A stretch of 64,000 nt of DNA from an uncultured Planctomycetia bacterium (GTDB lineage Bacteria > Omnitrophota > Gorgyraeia > Duberdicusellales > 4484-171). This document shows, one piece after another, positions 56,990 to 64,000 of this stretch (positions are counted from its first letter, which is position 1; every line of letters starts with the position of its first letter). A program made the translations under genes and the position numbers. The stretch is taken from assembly GCA_964629655.1 (NCBI GenBank), contig CAZVQU010000001.1, positions 84,788 through 148,787 on the forward strand, in the 5' to 3' direction. The notes under the pieces were generated by a model. That model worked only from the letters and a program-made list of their open reading frames with translations. It was not told the origin of the DNA and searched no databases.

Positions 56990-58807
56990 TTATACGCTAA
57001 ACTGTAAGTCGTAAAGCTTCTTGTACAAGCTATCAGCCTTAAGAAGGGTCTGGTGAGTCCCAACCTCTACAATCTTACCCTTTTCAAAAACCACTACTTT
57101 ATCTGCCTTCTGGACAGTAGAAAGACGATGCGCGATGACAAAAGAGGTTCTTCCCTTCATCAACGCATAAAGTGCTTCTTTTATTAACTGTTCTGATGCC
57201 GAATCAAGATGGCTGGTTGCCTCATCTAAAATTAAAATAGGCGAATTCTTTAAAATCGCCCTGGCAATCGCAATTCTTTGCTTTTCCCCTCCTGAGAGTC
57301 GAAATCCTCTATCTCCAACCACAGCATCAAATTTCTGGGGAATATCCATAATGAATTCATACGCATAGGCCTTCTTCGCAGCTTCTATAATCTCAGCCTC
57401 TTGGGCCTTATCCTTTCCATAAGCAATATTATCTCTTATCGTCGAGTTAAAAAGAACTATATCTTGAGACACTACGGCAATAAGGGAGCGCAGATCTTTC
57501 ATCTTAAAATCTTTAATATTTATCCCATCAATGCAAATTGAGCCTTTCTGAGGATCGTAGAAACGAGGAATTAACCCTACTAAGGTAGACTTACCTGCTC
57601 CAGAATGGCCGACTAAAGCAATTACCTCGCCCTTTTTAACCTCTAAATCAACTTTACCCAAAGCAAACTCATCATCATTACTATATTTAAACTCTACATT
57701 TTTAAAGGCAACTCCTTGGGTTAAGTCTTTTATTTCTCTTGCACCCCCTTTCTCTTTTACCTTTGGTTCCTCTTCAAGAATATCATAAATTCTTGCTGAT
57801 GCCGTCAAAGCCTGCTGATTAATAGCATAAACATTAGAAAGCTTCTTGAAAGGTCTGATCATTGACATTAAAAAGGCTAAAAAGGCGCCGATAATACCGA
57901 AAGAAAGCCTTCCTGAAATTACTTCATTCCCAATAACCCAAAGGATTATCACTGCCCCTAACACACCCACAAACTCAGTAAAAGGGGATAGAATAAGTAT
58001 CCTTTTTGCACTCTTTAAGGTAAATTTATAGTAATGGTGATTAATGTCTTTAAATCTCTCAAGCTCATAATCTTCACGGCAAAAAGCCTTTACGATCTGG
58101 GCACCTTGGATGGTCTCAGCCATGAGCGAATTCAAATCAGCTATTTTATTCTGCACTTCTAGGGCAAATTTCTTAATCCTTTTGCCGATTCTTACTACCG
58201 GAAACATTATGCAAGGAAAGATAACAAAGGCGACTAACGGCAATTTCCAGGAAATCTTAAAACCGATATAAAAAGCGCAAAAAGCAAAAAAAGTTACTTT
58301 CATTGACTCAAAGATAAGATCTTTAAGTGCATAAGAAATTGCATTAGTGATAATTGCTACATCATTAGTAACCCGAGCCATTAGCTCGCCGGTTCTCTTA
58401 CGGCCATAGAACTCCATAGATAAATCTTGAAACTTCCCGTAAAGATTATTTCGTACATCCCGCACTACCCCCTGGCCGGCAATATTCATCAGATACTCTT
58501 GCAAAAAGATGAATATCCCTTTGAGCAAAAAAAGTAGGGGCATGAAAATTATAATGAATTTTAAAAAGGTCAAAGGCTCTATAACATTAAGCTTATCGAT
58601 GATTGTAGCTAAGAATGGCGGCAATTTCCCGGGAATAACTATCTGCTTATTGGTAAGTATCCTGTCAGATAAAGGCACTATCATCCCCAAGCTAGCCCCC
58701 TCAAAGATGGTAGACACACCCATGCAGAGCCCAGCCAAGGCTAAAATTCCTCGATAGGATTTAGCAAATCTAAGTAATTTCAGGTATTCTTTTATATAAT
58801 TCTTCAT
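56990..58807 (-). CDS. msbA: ABC transporter, fused permease/ATPase of the MsbA family (lipid A/lipid exporter-like)
   Basis: Six TM helices plus an NBD with Walker A GHSGAGKST and signature LSGGEKQRIAIARA. The ORF track start at 58855 would overlap the divergent gene. An ATG at 58807 with a GAGGAAG RBS is preferred. Confidence 0.85.
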   Translation of the reverse strand: MKNYIKEYLKLLRFAKSYRGILALAGLCMGVSTIFEGASLGMIVPLSDRILTNKQIVIPGKLPPFLATIIDKLNVIEPLTFLKFIIIFMPLLFLLKGIFIFLQEYLMNIAGQGVVRDVRNNLYGKFQDLSMEFYGRKRTGELMARVTNDVAIITNAISYALKDLIFESMKVTFFAFCAFYIGFKISWKLPLVAFVIFPCIMFPVVRIGKRIKKFALEVQNKIADLNSLMAETIQGAQIVKAFCREDYELERFKDINHHYYKFTLKSAKRILILSPFTEFVGVLGAVIILWVIGNEVISGRLSFGIIGAFLAFLMSMIRPFKKLSNVYAINQQALTASARIYDILEEEPKVKEKGGAREIKDLTQGVAFKNVEFKYSNDDEFALGKVDLEVKKGEVIALVGHSGAGKSTLVGLIPRFYDPQKGSICIDGINIKDFKMKDLRSLIAVVSQDIVLFNSTIRDNIAYGKDKAQEAEIIEAAKKAYAYEFIMDIPQKFDAVVGDRGFRLSGGEKQRIAIARAILKNSPILILDEATSHLDSASEQLIKEALYALMKGRTSFVIAHRLSTVQKADKVVVFEKGKIVEVGTHQTLLKADSLYKKLYDLQFSV

Positions 58808-58870
58808 AGCTTCCTCAAGATTTAGAGGATTGTACCACATCAATTGACTTTTCACAAGGAATTTGATAGT

Positions 58871-59779
58871 ATGTTAAATATGATAAGGGTAGGAATAGTC
58901 GGAATAGGAAAGCTGGGCAGTATCCACTTACGCATCTACAAAGAACTCAAGGAGATAGGGAAAATTTACCTTGTAGATACCGACCCTGAAATATTAGGCC
59001 ATCATCAAATCGGCCACTGCCTAAAGGATTACCGAAACCTAAAAGGCAAGGTGGACCTGGTAAGCATTGCTACCCCCACCTCTAGCCACTACAAAATTGC
59101 TAAATTCTTTCTCAAGAACAAAATCCCGGTTTTGGTAGAAAAACCCCTGACCCAAGACTTAAAAGAGGCAAAGAACCTCATCGCTATGTCAAAGAAAAAT
59201 AAAACCCTTCTCTTTGTCGGTCATGTCGAAAGATATAATAATGCCTACTTGGCAATAAAAAAGATTATTAAAAATCCTCTTTTCATTGAATGCCACCGCT
59301 TAAGCCCTTATCCTCATCGTTCCTTAGATATCAGCGTTGTCCTGGACTTAATGATACACGACCTAGATATAATCCTCTACCTATTAAGAGACAGTGTTAA
59401 AAAAATCGATGCCAAGGGAGTAAAAATCCTATCCTCTACAGAAGATATAGCTAACGCCCGTATTACTTTTAAAAACGGTTGCGTGACAAATATAACTGCC
59501 TCTCGAATATCCCAAAAAAGAGAGAGAAAAATAAGAATATTCATGCCTCAGGCCTACATCTCCTTAGATTATGCCCAGCAAACAGTAGAAATATATAAAA
59601 AATTGAAGACTAAGATTATTAAGAAACTCCTTCCGGTAAGTAAAGAAGAGCCCTTAAAAAAAGAAATTGCTGATTTTGTGAGTTTAGTTACCCGAAATAA
59701 GTCTGACACAGGATATGCCGAAGCCGCAAAAGACGCCTTAGAGCTCGCCTGTAAAATAGAGAAAATAATATCAAAATAA
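58871..59779 (+). CDS. Gfo/Idh/MocA-family NAD(P)-dependent oxidoreductase (candidate UDP-sugar 3-dehydrogenase, GnnA-like)
   Basis: Rossmann motif IRVGIVGIGKLGSIHLRIY. 302 aa counted from the AAGGA-preceded ATG. It is immediately upstream of lpxB and co-directional with it. Confidence 0.75.
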   Translation: MLNMIRVGIVGIGKLGSIHLRIYKELKEIGKIYLVDTDPEILGHHQIGHCLKDYRNLKGKVDLVSIATPTSSHYKIAKFFLKNKIPVLVEKPLTQDLKEAKNLIAMSKKNKTLLFVGHVERYNNAYLAIKKIIKNPLFIECHRLSPYPHRSLDISVVLDLMIHDLDIILYLLRDSVKKIDAKGVKILSSTEDIANARITFKNGCVTNITASRISQKRERKIRIFMPQAYISLDYAQQTVEIYKKLKTKIIKKLLPVSKEEPLKKEIADFVSLVTRNKSDTGYAEAAKDALELACKIEKIISK

Positions 59780-59781
59780 AA

Positions 59782-60864
59782 ATGGAAAAAATCGTCATTG
59801 TTGCTGGAGATAAGTCAGGTGACCTTTATGGGGGCCTCTTAAGTAAACAATTAAAGAGTAAATTCCCAAACCTTGAGATTTATTCTTTTGGTGGAGAAAA
59901 ACTTGCCGAATACTCCCAACAAATAATTAATCTTCTGTCTCACTCAGTATGCGGTCTAGTTGAGGTCCTCTCCTCTCTAGGGAAACTCCTTAAAATCTTT
60001 AAAAGGACTAAAGAAACTATCCTCAATCTTAAACCGGATTTGATAATCTTAATAGATTTTCCTGACTTTAACTTGCGACTGGCTAAAGAGCTTAACAAAG
60101 AATTTCCTCTCATCTACTACGTTAGCCCCCAAATCTGGGCTTGGAGAAAAAAAAGGATAGAAACAATAAAAAAGTATGTCGACAAGATGGTAGTGCTTTT
60201 TGAATTTGAAGAAGCCTTCTACAAAAATGAAGGTATGGATGTTTTATACTTTGGACATCCGCTCTTAGAGATAATTAAGGAAGAAGATACTGAACCAAAT
60301 AAAATTATCTCATTTTTACCCGGATCAAGGAAGAATGAAGTAAAGCGGCATCTTCCGACAATGATAAAAACAAAGAAAATCATTGAAAAGGAATTGGATG
60401 GATATCAATTTAGGATAATAAGGCCGCCGAATTTGGAAAAAGATTTTTATGAGAAGTTTTCGCCTAATATCGATATAGTCAACCACTCCTATAAGACGAT
60501 TAAAGAATCAAAGTTTATCATAGCATCTTCAGGCACGGCTACAGTTGAGCTGGCCATATTAGGAATACCTTACGTTATAATCTATAAACTTAATCCTTTA
60601 AGCTGGCATATTTTAAAAAGAATGGTAAAAACTGATTTTGTCGGCATGGTTAATATACTATCTCGACACAAAATTGTTGATGAACTCCTTCAGGAGCAAG
60701 CCAACCCCAAAAATCTAGCCTCAATAACTTTAAAGTACCTAAGGGATAACCAAAAATACTCTCAGCTAAGGAATGAGTTAAAAAAAATAAAAGATAGACT
60801 TTGCCCTCATAACGCAACTGAGAAATTCGCTGATTTTATTGGTAATTATCTGAAATTGACTTAA
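59782..60864 (+). CDS. lpxB: Lipid-A-disaccharide synthase
   Basis: 360 aa. MEKIVIVAGDKSGDLYGGLL matches the LpxB N-terminus (AGE.SGDL.GA.L) and the fold is GT-B glycosyltransferase. Confidence 0.85.
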   Translation: MEKIVIVAGDKSGDLYGGLLSKQLKSKFPNLEIYSFGGEKLAEYSQQIINLLSHSVCGLVEVLSSLGKLLKIFKRTKETILNLKPDLIILIDFPDFNLRLAKELNKEFPLIYYVSPQIWAWRKKRIETIKKYVDKMVVLFEFEEAFYKNEGMDVLYFGHPLLEIIKEEDTEPNKIISFLPGSRKNEVKRHLPTMIKTKKIIEKELDGYQFRIIRPPNLEKDFYEKFSPNIDIVNHSYKTIKESKFIIASSGTATVELAILGIPYVIIYKLNPLSWHILKRMVKTDFVGMVNILSRHKIVDELLQEQANPKNLASITLKYLRDNQKYSQLRNELKKIKDRLCPHNATEKFADFIGNYLKLT

Positions 60865-60884
60865 GGAATAACTGGAAAGACAGG

Positions 60885-62705
60885 TTATCTTTTCCGAGGT
60901 TTTTTCTCCTTCCTTATGAAGTGATAAACGCTTAGAATCGCTGCCGGAGTAATGCCGCTTATTTTCAAAGCCTGCCCTAATGAAGAAGGCTTAAATTTCG
61001 TTAATTTCTCAGCCACTTCTCTAGATAAGGAAGGAACTTTTGAGTAATCAACTTTAGGTATTTTTATCTTATCCAAATTCTTTAACTCTTTCTGCCAAAG
61101 AAATTCTCTGCGCAAGAAACCCTCATATTTTGCTTGTATCTCGACTTCCCAGCCTACTCCTAAATTTTTAATTTTTTCTTGAGCCTGCTTTTCAACATCC
61201 CTAAAGGTAATTCTTGGCCGCTTCAGGAAATCAAACAAAAGTATGCTTTTACCTCCAACAATAGTTCTCTTGCTTTTCAGGTTCTTTATTAACCTATCAA
61301 TGCTATTCTTCTTATCTAAGGCTAACCCGTATTCATTCTTAGCCAACAGCCCAAGTTTAAACCCAAAAGACGCTAACCGTAAGTCAGCATTACTTTCACG
61401 TAAGGTTAGGCGAAATTCACTACGGGAAGTAAACATCCTGTAAGGCTCATCAGTTCCCTTGGCAGTTAAATCATCAATTAAAACTCCGATATAAGCCTGG
61501 TCCCTTCTTAAGATAAAAGGTTCTTCTCCTCTTACCTGCAAAGCAGCGTTAATACCGGCAATTATCCCTTGGGCTGCTGCTTCTTCATAGCCAGTAGTCC
61601 CATTTACCTGGCCGGCAAAATAAAGTCCTTTAATTTTTTTGGTCTCAAGTGTAGGGTAAAGCTGACGGGAATCAATTAGACCATATTCTATACCGTAACC
61701 GGGAGATAAAATTACTGCCTGTTCTAACCCCTCTATAGTATGGACAAACTTAGCCTGAACATCCACTGGCAGCGAGGTTGAGATACCATTAGGATAGACT
61801 TCTAAAGAATCTCTCCCCTCGGGTTCAACAAAAATCTGATGTCTTTCTCGCTCAGGAAATTTTACTACCTTGTCTTCCAAAGAAGGACAATATCTTACCC
61901 CTCTTGAAGTTATTTTTCCGGTATAAAGAGGTGAGTACTTTAAATTATCTCTAATTACCTTATGGGTCTTCTTATTGGTATAAGTTATGAAACAACTAAG
62001 ACCATCTTCAGATATGCTTTTATTGGAAAAGGAAAAAGGCAAGACATTGCTTTCAGGCCTCTGCTCTTTCATCTTCGAAAAATCAATTGTCCGTTTATCT
62101 AAACGGGCACAGGTACCAGTCTTAAAATGCTTAGTCTTAATACCGTTTCCTCTTATTTGAGCGAATAAACTATCGCTTGAATCCTCATTTAGCCTCCCTC
62201 CGGGAAAACTATTCAGCCCAATATGAACCCTGCTCTTCAAAAACGTCCCGGCACAAATCACCACACTTTTGCCTTGGAAAACTTCTCTATGATCAGTTTC
62301 AATGCCATATACTTTTTTATTTCTTACGAGGATTGCCTTAACTTTAGCTTGAACAATGTCAATATTATTATTCTCCCTTAATAATTTTCTGGCGACTTTA
62401 GGGTAAGAAAACATATCTACCTGGGCCCGAGTAGACCAGACTGCCTTACCCTTGCTTGCATTCAAAATCCGATAGCATAATGCACATTTATCAGCAATTT
62501 TACCGATTAGTCCACCTAAAGCATCTACCTCCCTGACTAAATTACCTTTAGATACTCCTCCTATTGCCGGATTGCAGGATAACTTGCCTATGGAATTGAC
62601 ATCTGTAGTCAGCAAGAGCACCGAACTCTCCAATTTGGCTGCAGCATTACTGGCCTCAATCCCAGCGTGACCAGCACCTATAACTATACAATCGTATTTT
62701 TTCAT
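60885..62705 (-). CDS. mnmG: tRNA uridine 5-carboxymethylaminomethyl modification enzyme MnmG (GidA)
   Basis: 606 aa with FAD motif YDCIVIGAGHAGIEAS and the GidA C-terminal domain. Confidence 0.95.
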   Translation of the reverse strand: MKKYDCIVIGAGHAGIEASNAAAKLESSVLLLTTDVNSIGKLSCNPAIGGVSKGNLVREVDALGGLIGKIADKCALCYRILNASKGKAVWSTRAQVDMFSYPKVARKLLRENNNIDIVQAKVKAILVRNKKVYGIETDHREVFQGKSVVICAGTFLKSRVHIGLNSFPGGRLNEDSSDSLFAQIRGNGIKTKHFKTGTCARLDKRTIDFSKMKEQRPESNVLPFSFSNKSISEDGLSCFITYTNKKTHKVIRDNLKYSPLYTGKITSRGVRYCPSLEDKVVKFPERERHQIFVEPEGRDSLEVYPNGISTSLPVDVQAKFVHTIEGLEQAVILSPGYGIEYGLIDSRQLYPTLETKKIKGLYFAGQVNGTTGYEEAAAQGIIAGINAALQVRGEEPFILRRDQAYIGVLIDDLTAKGTDEPYRMFTSRSEFRLTLRESNADLRLASFGFKLGLLAKNEYGLALDKKNSIDRLIKNLKSKRTIVGGKSILLFDFLKRPRITFRDVEKQAQEKIKNLGVGWEVEIQAKYEGFLRREFLWQKELKNLDKIKIPKVDYSKVPSLSREVAEKLTKFKPSSLGQALKISGITPAAILSVYHFIRKEKKPRKR

Positions 62706-62794
62706 AGCTTATGATTTTAACATAATTTATTGAGAAAAAGAATATATTATCGCAAGATTAAACGGTAGGCTTTTTCGTTCTTGAGGGGAAAAAA

Positions 62795-63541
62795 TTACTT
62801 TTCCTTAGTTTGTTTAGCCACAGAATCAATGGCTTTACTAATAACCTCGGGGTCTCCTAAATAGTAGTGCTTTATTGGTTTTAAGTCATCATCCAGCTCA
62901 TAGACAAGAGGTATTCCGGTGGGTATGTTAAGCTTAACTATTGCCTGGTCGCTAACTCCATCTAGATATTTAACTAAAGCCCGTAAGCTATTGCCATGAG
63001 CAGTAATAATTACCTTTTTACCTTTACGCAAAGTTGGAACAATAGTCTCATGCCAATAAGGCAAGAATCTTTCCACAGTATCTTTTAAGCACTCAGTCAA
63101 AGGAAGTTCCTGAGGTGTTAAATCTTTATAACGGGGGTCCTTGCCGGGAAAACGCTTATCACCCTCTGTTAAGGCCGGGGGTTGAGTATCGTAACTTCTT
63201 CGCCAAATCAATACCTGTTCCTTGCCAAATTTCTGAACTGTTTCTAATTTATTTAGACCTTGCAAAGCACCATAATGCCGTTCGTTAAGACGCCATGACC
63301 TACGGACTGGAATCCACATTAAGTCCATGTCTCTTAAGACTATCCAGAGAGTTGAAATTGCCCGTTTAAGAACCGAAGTGTAAGCGATGTCAAAGCTGAA
63401 ATCTTCCTTCCTAAGCCACTCTGCTGATGAATAGGCCTCAGCTACTCCCTTCTCAGACAACCCTACATCAGTCCAACCAGTAAATCTATTTTCGAGATTC
63501 CAAATGCTCTCACCATGCCTTAATAGAACTAATTTAATCAT
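62795..63541 (-). CDS. gpmA: 2,3-bisphosphoglycerate-dependent phosphoglycerate mutase
   Basis: [23 protein letters not shown] histidine phosphatase motif. 248 aa. Confidence 0.92.
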   Translation of the reverse strand: MIKLVLLRHGESIWNLENRFTGWTDVGLSEKGVAEAYSSAEWLRKEDFSFDIAYTSVLKRAISTLWIVLRDMDLMWIPVRRSWRLNERHYGALQGLNKLETVQKFGKEQVLIWRRSYDTQPPALTEGDKRFPGKDPRYKDLTPQELPLTECLKDTVERFLPYWHETIVPTLRKGKKVIITAHGNSLRALVKYLDGVSDQAIVKLNIPTGIPLVYELDDDLKPIKHYYLGDPEVISKAIDSVAKQTKEK

Positions 63542-63553
63542 ATGTCCCCTTGA

Positions 63554-64000
63554 TTAGCACTTTGAGTATCCGCAGCCATCGCAGGTCAAACATCCTTCTT
63601 GATGCCTAAGGGCAGAACCGCAATCTGGACACACTCCGACCACATTGTTAGACCTCTTCTTCTTAGCGCCTACAGAAACTTTTTCTTTCTTCGCCGGGAA
63701 TTCTGCTGTTACCTTGGCTACTTCTTTCTGATCCGTCGTTCTCTTCTCTAAGACCCGAGCAATAGCATCAGCGCAGGAGAAGATTTTCTTCCCCTTATCC
63801 CAAGAAGGAGAAGGACATCTTATGCCTTTAAGTTGCTCAACAATAACCTTTACGTCAATTCCTCCGCGAAGGGCTAAAGAAACTAACCGGCCTACAGCTT
63901 CGAGCTGAGAAGCAGCACATCCGCCGGCTTTACCCATCTGGGTAAAGACCTCAAAGAAATTACCCTCTTCATCTTGGTTAACTGTGATATAGAGATTTCC
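63554..64000 (-). CDS. nrdJ: Adenosylcobalamin-dependent (class II) ribonucleotide reductase, C-terminal portion; 5' end lies beyond the window
   Basis: The frame stays open to position 64000 and reads ...GNLYITVNQDEEGNFFEVFTQMGKAGGCAASQLEAVGRLVSLALRGGID...CPSPSW. It ends with a Cys-rich C-terminal finger CPDCG...CLTCDGCG. The ATG at 63937 listed in the ORF track is internal. Confidence 0.75.
   Translation of the reverse strand, partial: GNLYITVNQDEEGNFFEVFTQMGKAGGCAASQLEAVGRLVSLALRGGIDVKVIVEQLKGIRCPSPSWDKGKKIFSCADAIARVLEKRTTDQKEVAKVTAEFPAKKEKVSVGAKKKRSNNVVGVCPDCGSALRHQEGCLTCDGCGYSKC

Noticed and set aside
60885-62705. Chromosomal origin (oriC) near mnmG/gidA
   Set aside because: No cluster of DnaA boxes (TTATCCACA or close variants) and no dnaA/dnaN were found in the window. 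Flanking intergenic regions are short (under 90 nt).
1-64000. CRISPR arrays, transposases, toxin-antitoxin pairs or defence-system genes
   Set aside because: No spaced direct-repeat array is visible. No ORF resembles a transposase, integrase, Cas protein, restriction enzyme or abortive-infection protein. Every ORF over 100 aa could be assigned a housekeeping or pilus function.

Overview
This 64 kb window is an AT-rich (roughly 40% GC by eye), densely packed bacterial chromosomal segment. Coding strand is extremely biased: every gene from 1 to 58.8 kb is on the minus strand except rpsU and an RRM gene, and the only other plus-strand genes are a Gfo/Idh/MocA oxidoreductase and lpxB. Most of the content is core housekeeping. 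This includes the glycine-cleavage operon (gcvT-gcvH-gcvPA-gcvPB) followed by a lipM-like gene and lipA, plus rmuC, split coaB/coaC, addAB, and riboflavin genes interleaved with nusB. Further along are rpsI-rplM, hisDBHA, alaS-recX-htrA-recA, plsY-pgsA-lepB-lepA, cmk, the aromatic amino-acid genes tyrA-aroF-hisC-pheA, a nitrogen-type PTS cluster ptsN-yvcK-ptsH-ptsI, three tRNAs (Gly-GCC, Leu-TAG, Lys-TTT), frr-pyrH-tsf-rpsB, an msbA-like ABC exporter divergent from lpxB, mnmG, gpmA and the 3' part of a class II (B12) ribonucleotide reductase at the window edge. The one clearly accessory locus is at the left end (1-8935). It is a single co-directional type IV pilus operon: an excisionase-type HTH protein, a pilM/N fusion, pilO, pilP, a short secretin, a pilB with an MshEN-like c-di-GMP-binding N-domain, pilC and four tandem paralogous pilin genes. 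A stand-alone PilZ protein lies elsewhere in the window. The most unusual architectures are an APC-family permease fused to an EIIA(Ntr) domain, which sits in a genome context with a sugar-less nitrogen PTS, and a membrane-anchored YvcK. I found no CRISPR array, transposase, integrase, toxin-antitoxin pair or recognisable defence island, and there is no ORF-free gap larger than about 220 bp. I therefore see no evidence here for a wholly novel multi-gene system. The interesting signals are regulatory links (c-di-GMP and PTS-Ntr) and unusual domain fusions.
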